The notes under the pieces: model-generated | Database searches by the model: none | Seen by the model: only the letters and a program-made list of their open reading frames with translations | What the model was told of the DNA's origin: nothing | Source: the human T2T-CHM13v2.0 reference genome, Homo sapiens | Length of the DNA: 64,000 nucleotides | Strand: one strand, 5' to 3' | Assembly (NCBI RefSeq): GCF_009914755.1 | Contig: NC_060942.1 | In this document: positions 44,701 through 58,036 of the stretch, piece after piece | Numbering within the stretch: the first letter of the stretch is position 1 | Layout of the letters: every line of letters starts with the position of its first letter | Made by a program: the position numbers and the translations under genes

Positions 44701-46570
44701 AGCATTTGCATTGTCTTAGGATATGATCCACTTTATCTACATTTTCCAGTATATCTGCATAAACCTTATACAGTGCTGTCTTACGGTTTTAAAATTTATT
44801 ATACCTATATCTAAACCTCTGTTCTTTTTCTAATATTATTTGTTTCCTTTTTTCCTTGATTATATTTGCCATAAACTAATCTGTCTTCATCTAATAATCC
44901 TTTGTTTTTATTAGCCAACTAAACTAATGATTATTTTTTCTATTTTAAATATCTATCTCTATCTCTATACACATATCTGGTAATATTATTTTTTTTTTTG
45001 GTTAGTAGGCTCATTTGTTCTTATCCAGCTTCTAGAATGTGCATTTAGTTTACTTATTTCCAGTCCTTTCTTGCTTTCCATGAAGTCCCAAATGCCCCCA
45101 AATATGGATGTGTAGTGTTCTCAGTATCATTATTTTATAAATAGTATGTAGTATCAATTATAAATTTCTTTTAAATTAAAGACCAATTTAGGAGATGTTT
45201 TTATATTTCCAGTGGATAAATTTTAATTTGTCCATTTTCTGTTGTTAATGTTTAGTTTCATTGCATTATAGCTGTAAAATATGGTTTGCATGATTTCTAC
45301 TATTGAAACATCTCTTGAGAATATTTTTCTGATCTAATATATTGTCACTTTTATAATCATTCCATGGGTATTTGAAAATAATGTTTATTCTGCTGTTTTT
45401 GTTACAGAGATGTCTATAAATTATTAAATCAATGTTGTTAATTGTGCTATTCATATCTTCCTTTTGGGAATGTGATTATTCTATCGATTTCCAAGAGAGG
45501 AGTATTAAAATTTTTCATCATGATATTAAATTGGTCAATTGCTTTCTTGATTTCAAATGGATTTTTTTTAAATGTAGTTTGATAGTTGAATATTAAATGC
45601 ACTGAGTTTATATCTTTTTTATGGATTATACTGTCTTTGTCTTATTTAATGCATCTTGCCTTGACTGACTATAATGTTGCCATCCCTGCTTTCTATTATT
45701 AGCATTTGTCTACTATATCTTTGTCCATCCCTTAATATTTGATCTTTCAGAATCATTTTGTTCTAGACATATCTCTTGGAAGCAGATATACCTGGATTTT
45801 GCTTAAAGAAAACCTAATCTGAAATTCTCTGTCTTTAAATTGAGAAATGTATCTGTTGCCATTTACTAGAAAAATGAAAACATTTGGTCTCATTCTGACA
45901 TCCTGTTTGGTTTCCTATTTTTATGTAAATTAGTTTTTACCCTTTCCTGGTGTGATCAAGTTTCCTTTATTGTTATTTTTTCATTTCCTGGTTTGAAGGG
46001 TGTATATATACTACAACTATTCTATTCACCCAGTGCTTATCCTTATTTTTAAATAACATATTTAAACATGTTTCTTTCTATCAATTTCTAACATTAGTCA
46101 GTATCTTTTACCTCCTTTTAAATAAGGCAAGACTGTGAAACTTTACCTCTTCCTTCTTGTCTATTCCACGACTTCACCGGTGTTGACATAGGCAGAAATT
46201 TTGTTTCAACCTTGTATTGATTTTTTAAACATCTTGCCTCTATTTTACAATGAATTTTTTCAAAATAATTGGACTAAACAGCACCATTATGAATCTTTAT
46301 TTTGATCTAATTGTAACTTTTGTGAATTCTTAACTTATCATTGTCCCTTCACTCTCATGCTTTCCTCCTCCTTGGATTCCTTTTTAATTTTTCTGGCATA
46401 CACTCTTAAATAAGATTTTAGAAAGGCTTTGTGGGTGGTGCATTTTCTGAGTCCTTGAGTGTCTGCAAATGGCTTTATTGAGTTATTGGGAATAGAAATG
46501 GAGAACCCACATCTTTTTCCTTCTGAACTTTGAAGCTATTTCTCTACTATATTTTAAGATTCTAATTTTT
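41800..46570 (-). mobile_element. Old L1ME-type LINE ORF2 region, interrupted by L1MB
   Basis: Degenerate antisense ORF2 throughout; relic translation NSTINNIDLIIYR...DNILDQK at 45266-45454. Confidence 0.7.
42091..43490 (-). mobile_element. L1MB-type LINE 3' portion
   Basis: 3' end ttttaagtgtgcagttcagtggcattaagtacattca ... gaaactctgtgcccattaaacactaactcccc; TSD tcttgtttt at 42082-42090 and 43491-43499. Confidence 0.85.
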
Positions 46571-46996
46571 GTTATTTTTTGAGTGAAAAGATGAAACAGG
46601 TGTGCAGTGACTTATTTAGTTGTCAAGCTACTATACTTTAGGTACAATATTAGACTACAGGAATTCAGAGAAGGTAACACTGATCTATAAATGAATGTCT
46701 GTGGGAGAAAGGAGAACGGGGTGACTACATTTGCTTGGAGTAGTCTTTTTGCAAAGGAAACATTTAAGACGGGTAGTGAAGCAAAAGCAGAAACTTACAA
46801 GATAATTTATAATCTCATCTTTTTCATATTCTGGTTCTTATATTAAAATAATAGAATTATTATAGATTAAATAAGTTTAGACTATATTAGAGTTACATAG
46901 AATTTGAAATAATTATGTTTTCCCCAAATATAAATAAATCTTATTCCTGATCTAGTATCTAAGTATATACTTTTCCCTTTATTAAATTTTCTAGGG

Positions 46997-47180
46997 CAGA
47001 GGTTGGCAAACTAAGGCCCACCACTTATTTTTATAAATAAAGTTTTATTGGAACAACTATTCTCATTCACATATTTATTGTACAACAGAGAATTGAGTAG
47101 TTGTGACAGAGGCTGCATGGCTCACAAAGTCTAAAATATTTTCTATTTGGCTTTTTACAGAAAACATTTGCTGACTGCTG
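46997..47180 (+). mobile_element. MER58A (hAT-Charlie MITE)
   Basis: cagaggttggcaaacta ... aaataaagttttattggaac ... gagtagttgtgacagag ... tttgctgactgctg. Confidence 0.88.
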
Positions 47181-47399
47181 TTCTATCTAGGATATCATCA
47201 GTGTGTAGATGATCAGAGTTCATGTCAGTGTTCCTACAAGCCAATGAAGGTAGGATTCAACAGTAAGTCTTGACTTCCTTAAGGTGTCTGATGAGTGCGT
47301 TTATGCAAGTTCAAGAAACAAGTTTGGCTATATTTTGTATTAAAATTGAAGCTTATCTCTCAATCGTGTATAATTGTCAATAATTACTTGCCCTTTAAA

Positions 47400-47720
47400 T
47401 GAGTTTCTTCTTTCCATTTTGTTTCTTTCTCGTGTTCTAGGCATTGCGCAATTCAGCCTTGCGGTTTTCGTTTCTTTGACTTCGTGATGTGAGGGAAGCT
47501 GGCATGTTTTCTAATGTGCTGTTGTGTGGGCTTGGGCTGTTGATTGCTTTTGGCCTAGGTGCTGTGCAGAGCTCCAAGGTTTGGCTTTGTAAACGCTGCC
47601 TGGCAAAACGGAAACATTTTGTGAAATTTGACAAATGTCACACACACCCGCACACACACTCATTTTAAATTGCAAAATTCTCCCCTTGGCACACAGTTTT
47701 CCCCGGGTTTTTATTCTTCA
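47400..47720. promoter_or_regulatory. Candidate enhancer with C/EBP, RUNX and TGACA motifs
   Basis: Perfect ATTGCGCAAT 47443-47452; TGCGGT 47460-47465; TGACAaaTGTCA 47629-47640; CpGs retained; no recognisable repeat. Confidence 0.45.
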
Positions 47721-48894
47721 TAATAAATCTTTAACCATCTTCGTGTCTATATGAGCTCTTTAGTGGATGGACGTGCTTTTGCTTTGATGAGACTTGCAGT
47801 TAAAAAGCCCTTGGTTTCCAGGATATCCTTATTGTTTTTCTTTTCTCAAAAAATTAATGTGATATTTTATTCCAATGAGAAAGCAGTCTTATTTCATTTC
47901 CAACTGCTTTCTCAGACAAAGATTCCCACCGAAAGCCATTCTCCAACATGGGACCCCTAGAAACTGACCTCTTGGCTTCTCTCTTCTGAACTCAGAGTGA
48001 GACACAGGGGAGTGGAATTCAGAGAAAAACTGGGTGAATTAAATTCTTTTCGTGCATGAGTTAAAGCATCTAAGAAACTATAATATGAGTGCTTAATCTC
48101 AAGAAAAATCTTGGTATATTTTAGTACATTTTCCTTCATGGGTAGCTAAAAGCACTTCACAAACAAATCATTGACTTTAGAATGAGGGGACAAATATGAT
48201 TGTCCCTAGGTCACAGATGACATTAAATCCTGGGGAGGTAAGCTTTTGCTTAAGGTCATTCAGGGTGTCAGCAGGGGTGAGGCGGGCTTTAATTTTATGG
48301 TTGGGGTATCTGTTTCAAGTCTTCTGCCAATTTTAAGACATGCCTCTGGCTTAAGAAAACTCTTCCAATTTGACTACCCTAATTTGCATCCCTCTCTGGA
48401 TTTCCAGCTCTACTTTCTAGTTTCCTGGCACTCTAATTACTCAGGCGTTACTTCTGACAATGACCCCCAACTCTCATCCCTTCAGCTTGACTCCAGGGTC
48501 CTCGCACCTGTGAGCTACCGTCCCTGGCAGCCTCGAGTAGACGGGCTCGGCTGCCCTATGCATTGAGCAGAGCCCTTCCTGGTTCAGACCTTTTAGGGCA
48601 ACAGCAATTTGGCAGCCTTCTCTAGATCCAGGGTTGCAAGAGCAATCAGGCCGAACGGGACTGCTTCAGCCATACTGTTGAAACACATCATATTGCCTGG
48701 AGAGCAGACAGTGCCATTCAGAAACTCTAAAGAGAAAATGTAGTGCCTTTATTTTGTCAGTTACAGATCTGGCTTTTCTCCTAAGTCTCCAACTGTCAGA
48801 GAGAAAAAGAAACTAAGTGTTCGATTCCATAATTTTAATAGTGCCATAGGTTATGCTCAGTGTTTTGGGGTGATTGCTTAGAATGTCTCATGGA

Positions 48895-49370
48895 AATGTT
48901 AGGGCTAAAAATGTGTGCTCCAGAGACAGATTGACTGGGTTTAAACCATGGGGTTGCCTTTGAGTCAATCTGTGGCCTTGCACAAGGGACAGGGACACTC
49001 AGCACTTCAGTTTCTCTGTGTGTAAACCAGAAAAAAATCTACCTCTGCACCACCCAGTTTGGTAGCCACTAGCCACATATGGCTACTTAAACTTAAATTT
49101 AAAGTAGTTCTTAATAAAATTAAACACTGTTAATAATTCAGTTTCTCAGTCACACTAGCCACATTTCAAGTACTCAGTAGCCACAAGTGGCTAGCAGCTA
49201 CTGTACTGGAGAGCTAAGAGATTAGAACAGTAGACCACTGCTGTCCATCATAAAGTTCTGCTGGATTGCACTGGTCTACATCACAGGGTTATAATGTGGA
49301 GTAAGTGAATTATGCAGCTAAAGTGCTTAGAACAATGCCTGGCAAGTGGGAAAGATTCAATACGTTTATC
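48895..49370 (+). mobile_element. MIR SINE, split by MER3
   Basis: ctccagagacagattgactgggtttaaac ... cttcagtttctc left; cacagggtt ... aagtgcttagaacaatgcctggca right. Confidence 0.75.
49045..49273 (-). mobile_element. MER3 (hAT-Charlie MITE)
   Basis: ggtagccactagccacatatggctac ... cagtcacactagccacatttcaagtactc; 8-bp TSD-like atctacct / gtctacat. Confidence 0.88.
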
Positions 49371-49539
49371 ACGATCCTACTCTTTCCCACTCCCCTTCAA
49401 AATGGTGCCCAGGTGTACTGGAGAAAGGTTAGAGGTACTCCACTTTCTGGTTCCTATATTTTTACTAATGCTTTATTTCCTGTGCCACTTTGTAAGTTTC
49501 GATGTCTCAAGGATTTCTTATTTTGTAAAGAAAGACACC

Positions 49540-49810
49540 ACAGCAGAATGGCTATGAATGAGTGTTTTAAAGCCAGACTGCCTGTTTTGAATCCCAGTTC
49601 TGTCACTTGAGTAGCTGTGTGATCTTAAGCAAATGATTTATTCCGTGTCTCAGTTTCTATATATATGAAATGAGAGTAATAACATATACAATTGAATAAA
49701 ATTCCTCAAAGGTTGTTGGGAGATGAACTTATGGAAGTAAAATACCTTGAATCGGACCTGGCACCAAAGTTCTCAAAAAGTATTATCTCTCATTAATATT
49801 AAATATTAGT
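49540..49810 (+). mobile_element. MIR SINE
   Basis: agccagactgcctgttttgaatcccagttctgtcactt ... tagctgtgtgatctt ... gtctcagtttct. Confidence 0.8.
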
Positions 49811-51119
49811 ATTTTTTTCCTGTCCTCAGCTCATCCTCAAAATGGCAATGGAGACTCCTGGGGGAAATGTATGACTTGGCTTCTTGGTGGGGAGAGTTGT
49901 CGGAGTACTCCCATTCATCTGGTCTTCGGGGTGATATCCTTTGTCTCTCTCTCTTGTCTTCTGCAGTGGATGGGATTGGTAGTTGATTTGTCTTGTGGTT
50001 TAGTAAGTCTCAGCATGGCTAGGGAGCTACAACCCTTTCTGGCTACATGGTCTTTTCATGGCTCTCGCTGGTGCTACAGACCCATCGTATCCCTGCCTTA
50101 CCTTCCTTTGGTCTCTGGTTGGGCAGTCACCCCCAGCATCCATCCCAGCAAGTCTCTCTCCATCTCATCATTGCTGGCCCCTGGGCATTCCACCCTTTTC
50201 TACCAAGCTTTTAATTCCTTTGGGGAGCCTCAGAAACTTCAGGGCTCCATCCGTGCTAGATCTGAAACAGAAGGTAGAACAAAAGCTCCTTGTCCTCAGT
50301 GTTCCCTTCAGTTTATCTAACATATCATTCCTATTCCCCAGTGATTTCAGAAATTACCCCATTCTACCCTGGCAAAGGGTCTCAGACCATGTGGATCCTC
50401 TTAGACGACGAGGCCATGTAAGACAGCTCCCAGGAAAAATGAGATTTCTCAACCAGACATTCCTTAAAACTGACTCATTTCAGAGGTTCTTAGGATCCTC
50501 TGGCTCATCATTGCCACTGTGGAGATTCTTTGATAGTGACTCCACCACCCATCGCTTAGTCATGACTTGAGGTTGGAATCAGGCTTCAGGCCTGTGTATC
50601 CAGACATATCAAATGACCTTATGCCCATGAGTTCCATTCTCAACTGTTTACTGGGATTCTGAACCCGTGCAGTAGACATACCAGTGAAGAAGGGTGAGAG
50701 ATAAAGGCATCAAATACCATGAAAGTAGAGTTAGTACGTTTAGCCACTGCTTGAATGCAGTAGGCAAGGAAGAGAAGATTCAAATCTGACTCCATGGTGT
50801 TGAACCTGGTGATTGGGAAAACCAGAAGTTTATATGCTGTCTTCCCAACTGAATCCATTCTTGAAGCACAGAGCCCAAATAGTAGCTGCTTACTACACCC
50901 TTGCTGATGATGAACTGATGGAGTTATTTGTTTTTCTAGGTTCTGAGGAGGCAGGACCAAGAAATGGATGTTGATGTTTAGGAGACTGTATGTAATATGT
51001 AAATAAAATGGTAATTATATAATGATTAAAATTATAATATTCAGGTAATAATTTGGACATCTTTTCTATGACATCAATAATTGAGTTTTTCAAATAAAAC
51101 TACAAGTAATTGAAATAAG

Positions 51120-52064
<945 letters not shown>

Positions 52065-53129
52065 GGAAGTTATTCCCTTTAGGAATAATATATACTAATT
52101 TTTCCTTCGTGGCTGCATGAAATAAGTTGTTATATCATCATCAGTTAAGAGTCCAGTATGTACCCAAGAAAGGGGAAGTTGCCTTTCCGTGTCTTAAATG
52201 AAGATTTGCATGGTATTTAAGATTTTGGAAGAGGATATGTCCCTAGATGCGCCATGAATATTACTTGATGATGACAAGCACTTGATGAATAATTTTTGGA
52301 GTATTGTTTAAAATTACAAGGATAGTAGTAATTATAGATCCCAGAAGCAGAAAAAAAAAGCTTAATTATCAGATTTAAGAATAAGAGGTTACTCCTCATA
52401 GAAAAGTGATCATTTTTAGTGGTCGTGGAAAAAATGTTCAAATGACTAAAGGAACATATGGGGAACTACCAGCAGACCAATTCATGTGTTGCAGCTATTT
52501 AACTGAATTACAAATGCAAAATGCATTCTTTTTCCAGTTTCATTCCATTTAAACCCAAATGGCTATGTGAAATGGTGTCATACACCTGGTGAAAAGCTCT
52601 GCTTTTTAAAAATCTTATCGCTTCACCAAAATGCCTGGTGTTGAACCAACAACAGCGTTCTTTTTGTATTGTTTAAACGAGTTTAACCACTTTTCAGAAT
52701 ATTCACTTCTCGTTTGATGGAAAAACTAAACATCAAAAGAAATTTAATTTAACCCTCCTTTTCCCTTCATGGATCTATTGACATCAATGATGATGCTAGC
52801 CATCATTAGAAAAGTAAATGAGGATGGCTTTTTTTCCTCTCTTAAAGCCAGGAAAAACAAGCAGTGGAAAAATATATAATTTTTGTTATTAGAAGTGGAA
52901 GCCTATGTTGTAAAACAGTAAGAAGCACTCTTCGAAACTGCTAAGAAAATGTAACCAGGAGTGGAGGATTAAAATCCACAAATTACACACTTTGAATTAT
53001 ACTTGAGAGTGCAACAAGAAGAAAAACACAAACAATTTTTAGCTGAGGAGGAAAACAAGCTCTCTTACAAAAACACGTTTAATGTATTTAGGAGCACTGG
53101 CTATATTTAGTTACGATGAATTATATAAA

Positions 53130-53370
53130 TTGGACAGTGCAAACTGTTGGCCTTTGAGCCACATCTGGTACCCAGTTGTGTGTTGTTTGGTCTACCCACT
53201 TTTCCAAAAAATTCTTATTGGCTACCATCATTTAAAAATTGGGAGCATTCACATAAAAATCCAGAGTTTTAGTTCTCTTGGAAAAAAGGATCTGGCAGTA
53301 CTGGGCTTGTATTTCTGCAAGGTGTCAGCTACCAGATGCTTCCTCTACAGCCTCTGAGATGCACTCATGT
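53130..53370 (+). mobile_element. MER102-like hAT DNA transposon
   Basis: catttaaaaattgggagcattcacataaaaatccagag ... tctcttggaaaaaaggatctggcagtactggg. Confidence 0.7.
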
Positions 53371-54607
53371 GACTTCAGAGCTTGGAGGGAGGATTCCTGG
53401 TTCTGAGGCTTTTACCGGTGCTATGCTCCCCTTGGGTGTCTGAGACAGCTCTTAAGGTCAAGCTCAAGCTACTAAGACATTTAGATTTTTAGAGATACAG
53501 AGCTATGCAAACCTAGTCTTGATTTGCTATAACTAGATTTTTCTCAGTCTGAGTGTGAGTTACCTTCAGCTATTCATATTTGATTTTTTTTTGATAGAAT
53601 TAAACAATCTGAGATTATCATTTGATGGCTCTATTCACAATTTACTTCTGGACCTATGCAACTCCCAGGTGGCCTTTAAGTGAAATCACTTAAGTACTTC
53701 CTACAACCTAAGGGAATGCAAAACTACAAATACAAGTAGATTACTAAAGCACATGTGTGGTTCATAATTTGTATCTTCTGTTCATTTTTATCATGCATTG
53801 GAATAGTTTAGAGTAGGGAAGCTGGAGGAGTGCAAAGGGACACTTTAATGACATGGCATGAGTCGACATTTAAATAAGATTTATTAATTTATTCTTAACA
53901 TTAAAAATTGGGGAAATGATAAAATGCATCCTGGAGTTTAATTTTACAATGTGGCTCCATATTCATTTGAAGAATTATATGATTCTAGAATGTAATAATC
54001 CAATAATAGATATGCATTACTGTGGAATTGCCCCCATTTGTATTATCTGTATTGCTAGCCAAGAATATGCATAACTATTAATAACACATGACCAATTAGT
54101 ATTATGAATTAGTGAATTAACTGATACATAACCAGAGAGGCTGCTCATGCACTTTAGCATTTTAAGTATTCTTTCAAGAACAGCTTCCAACTATTTTGTT
54201 ATGGGAATCCTAGGGCATAAAAAATTCAAGTTTATTTTTTTAAAGAAGTGATTTTTGAATGGAGTGAATTCCAAAAGCTGAGAAACTTTTTTAAAAAACC
54301 AAATTTAAAAATATTGCATTTTCATGACCTTTCTCTTCATGAGTAACTCAGAAAATTTGATTCAAACTTTCCAAAATAAATTTGTCTTTGGCTTTGAGAC
54401 GAAAGCATAATAATTTTCGGTTCAAAAGGAGCTGTTGGAGGACATTTTTTTTGACACCGTGAGAAAGGAAAGAAATTAGGGCCCCAAATAGAGTACTAGT
54501 TGTTGGCTTAATTAGGGAGCAGGGCTGTGGTGCCATAATTGCTGAACATGATGCAACCACATCATCCATGTTATTTAGCCGCTAAATTTTTGACTTTCTC
54601 TTCCCAG

Positions 54608-54654
54608 AAAAACAGAGATCTGTGTTCTGAATGGAAAAATTCCTACTGATGCCA
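54608..54654 (+). other. Candidate non-coding exon (47 nt)
   Basis: Acceptor ttttgactttctcttcccag ends 54607; donor CCA|gtaagt at 54654/54655. Confidence 0.45.
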
Positions 54655-55025
54655 GTAAGTGAGCCATCCATCTATGATGTGTCTATGGGGAAGAAAGTGA
54701 CATGAATGAGTAAAATAGAATATATGCTTTAAATCATGAAAATTGAGTCCAGATGGAAAGGTTAGGAGGAAATGGAGTGGAAAGGTGGATGAAGAAGAGT
54801 GAGAACTCATGCAGTCGTTGCGACTTGGTTGACACTTCCTTCCCTGTGACTACAATTCCAAGTTCAGTACTCCTGAGCTTTTATATATGGATGAGAATAT
54901 AGGGGGAAGAAACAAGAGGAAGGAGTTTTCTGAAATCTCGGTGGAGAGGAGGGAGAAAAAAGATGGGAAAATGTTACAAGCATTCTGTTCATGTTGTATC
55001 ACTTAGTGCAGTCTTGTCTTCCCAG

Positions 55026-55635
55026 CCCACTAGTCTGGAACAAGTCAGTCTCAAACATAACAACAGACACTGGGGAGCTCTCCAACAAAAGATCACCTCC
55101 CAAAGAACAGGATGGTGTCGAAGACTGAATGCCAGCCTGAGGAAACAGAAATACTACAGAAGCACGCCAGAGCCTGCAGTGTCTCCTCGCTGCCTCTCAA
55201 TGAACTGCTAAAAGACCAAGAACTCTGCTGAGAGATAAGAAGAGGGGAGGGTGTGCTGCAGGTGGTGCTGGGAGGCCCAGACCTTCTCCTGACATCTGGG
55301 GCTGGCTACAGGAAACAGAAACATCACCCAGGCCTTGGCGCGAGACAGGACAGAGGCAGATTGTGACTCAGATCTGCAGGTGGAAAGTGGGCCTTTCGTT
55401 TTCTCCTAGGGGTAGAGCAAAGCCAGAGGGCTCAGTCAGAGGAAACCTAAGGCAGTTCATGATCCCTTCAACTTTATACCATTTCCTCAAAACTGCCTCC
55501 AAACAGTGGGCAACTGGAAAGGTGGTCTGACCTCCAGTGATCACACAGTATGCATTATAACAGAAGGCTGTCACTGTCAATTGCATGGCTCCCTCACTAT
55601 GCATTCCTTCTATCAATTTACGACAACACACTGTA
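55026..55635 (+). other. Candidate non-coding exon(s); 3' boundary uncertain
   Basis: Acceptor gtcttgtcttcccag ends 55025; second acceptor ctttcgttttctcctag ends 55409; donor GTA|gtgagt at 55635; purine-rich, GC-elevated unique sequence. Confidence 0.35.
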
Positions 55636-55976
55636 GTGAGTACCTGCACATTGCTGGGTATTTTGGCAGACATTGATAGTAGATGAATAACACCTGGTAC
55701 TTGACCTTGAGACGCTCACTGCCTAGTGTGGGGAACCAATGGTTGCAATATAAAGTATTAACTAGAGGGATAGAGGACTGCCTGAGGATCTCTGCACTCA
55801 GAGGAAGGGCCATGAGATCAGCCAGGACAGTAGGGAGGCAGTGACTCATGAAATTAGCAAGTGGTGAGAAGAGGGCAGTAGATTCAGCGGCTGCTAAAAA
55901 AGGTTACTGAACTTTTTGTTTCATCAATGCCAAGAAATTAATCTGTTTTAGCCTCTTTCATGGCCTCTGTTTGAAA

Positions 55977-56268
55977 TTTTTTAACTTTTTTTTTTTTTTT
56001 AGATTTAGGGGTACAAGGACAGTTGTATTGCATGAGTATATCGTATAGTGGTGAAGCCTGGGCTTTAAGTGCACCTATCACCCGAATAGCGTACATTGTA
56101 CCCACTAGGTAGTATTTCATTTCTCACCCTTCTTCCACCTTTTGGAATCTCCAGTGTTTGTTGTTCTACTCTGTATGCCCATGTGTACTCATTGTTTCAC
56201 TCCCACTTATAAGTGAGAACATGTGCTTTTGACTTTCTGTTTCTGAGTTGTTTCACTTAGGATAATGC
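55977..56268 (-). mobile_element. L1PB-type LINE 3' end
   Basis: Poly-T then ggggtacaagg ... tagtggtgaagcctgggcttt ... tcccacttataagtgagaacatg. Confidence 0.85.
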
Positions 56269-56658
56269 ATGTTCCTGTTTTGATTCAGTCAAAATCCTGG
56301 GGTCAGCACTGACAATGTGATTAACCCCTGTCCTAAATTCACTGCAGAGGAACTGCTCCCATATGACTACTTATTACCACCCAAGCCAGAAACCACAAAG
56401 ATATTCTGACCTCTCCTCCTTCACTCCCCACCAACTGGTGAGTAAGCTAGTCACCAAGTCTTGATTCTACTTGCAAACATCTTTGGAAGGGATCTCTCAC
56501 TCCACACAGTCTCTGTCATTGCCAAGTATACCCATTACCTCTGCTCTGTCCTAGGGCTCATCATTCCTCATCTACATGCTGCACCAACCTCCTAACTCCC
56601 ATTCCTCCCCCTCCTAGTTCACTGCCATAGCGTAATCTTTCTATATCACGGATCATAT

Positions 56659-58036
56659 TGTGTCCGAAATTGGTGGGTTCTTGGCCTCACTTACTTCAAG
56701 AATGAAGCTGCAGACCCTCGTGGTGAGCGTTACAGTTCTTAAAGGTGATGTGTCTGGAGTTTGTTCCTTCTGATCATGTTCGGAGTTTCTTCCTTCTGGT
56801 GGGTTCGTGGTCTCGTTGGCTTCAAGAGTGAAGCTGCAAACCTTCAAGGTGAGTGTTACAGCTCTTAAGGCAGCGCATCTGGAGTTGTTTCTTCCTCCCG
56901 TCCGGAGTTGTTCATTCCTGCTGGTGGGCTCATGGTCTCGCTGGCCTCAGGAGTGAAGCTGTAGACCTTCGCAGTGAGTATTACAGCTCATAAAGGCACT
57001 GTGGACCCAAAAAGTGAGCAGCAGCAAGACTTATTGCAAAGAGCAAAAGAACAAAGCTTCCACCCTGTGGTAGGTGACCCAGTGGGTTACCACTGCTGGT
57101 TCCAGCAGCCTGCTTTTATTCCCTTATCTGGTCCACCCACATCCTGCTGATTGGTCCATTATACAGAGAGCTGATTGGTCTGTTTTACAGACAGCTGATT
57201 GGTCTGTTTTGACAGGGTGCTGATTGGTGTGTTTATAATCCCTGAGCTAGACACAAAAGTTCTCCAAGTCCCCACTAGATTAGCTAGACACAGAGCACTG
57301 ATTGGTGCATTCATAAACCTTGAGCTAGACACAGAGTGCTGATTGGTGTATTTACAATCCCTTAGCTGGACATAAAGGTTCTACAAGTCCCCACTAGACT
57401 GAGGAGCCCAGCTGGCTTCACCTAGTGCCTCCTGCACCAGGGCCGCAGGTGGAGATGCCCGCCAGTCCCGCCATGCACCCGCACTCCTCAGCCCTTGGTG
57501 GGTTGATGGCACCGGGTGCTGTGGAGCAGGGGGCGGAACTCATCAGGGAGGTTCCGGCTGCACAGGAGCCCATTGCTGGGGTGGGAGGGAGGCTCAGGCA
57601 TGGCGGGCTGCACGTCCCTAGCCCTTCCCCGCAGGGAGGCAGCTGAGTCCCTGTGAGAATTCGAGTGCCGGCAGTGCTGGGGGACCGGGTGCACCCTCCA
57701 CAGCTGCTGGCCCAGCTACTAAGCTCCTCACTGCCCGAGGCTGGTGGCGCCCGCTGGCGGCTCCGAGTGCGGGCTCGCCAAACCCACGCCCACCTGAAAC
57801 TTGCGCTGGCCGGCAAGCCTGGTATGCAGCCCCGGTTCCCGCCTGCGCCTCTCCCTCCACACCTTCCTGCAAGCTGAGGGAGCTGGCTCTGGCCTTGGCC
57901 AGCCCAGAAAGGGGCTCCCACAGTGCAGCGGCGGGATGAAGGGCTCCTCAAGTGCGGCCAGAGTGGGCACCGAGGCCGAGGAGGCACCAAGAGCGAGCAA
58001 GGGCTGCGAGGGCTGCCAGCACGCTGTCACCTCTCA
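56659..58036 (-). mobile_element. Solo LTR12C (ERV9 LTR), complete, 1378 bp
   Basis: Minus strand starts tgagaggtgacagcgtgctggcag and ends accaatttcggacaca; ATAT TSD at 56655-56658 and 58037-58040; three U5 repeats; CpG-rich U3. Confidence 0.96.
57090..57350 (-). promoter_or_regulatory. LTR12C promoter: six CCAAT (NF-Y) boxes, GATA site, AATAAA TATA-like box
   Basis: attgg at 57150, 57174, 57198, 57223, 57301, 57342; cttatct at 57123; ttttatt at 57114-57120. Confidence 0.75.

Noticed and set aside
49871-50570. 149-aa and 170-aa plus-strand ORFs
   Set aside because: No recognisable homology; attributable to locally higher GC content
56700-57360. Spaced direct repeats resembling a CRISPR-like array
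   Set aside because: These are the known U5 and U3 tandem subrepeats of LTR12; eukaryotic context and no unique spacers
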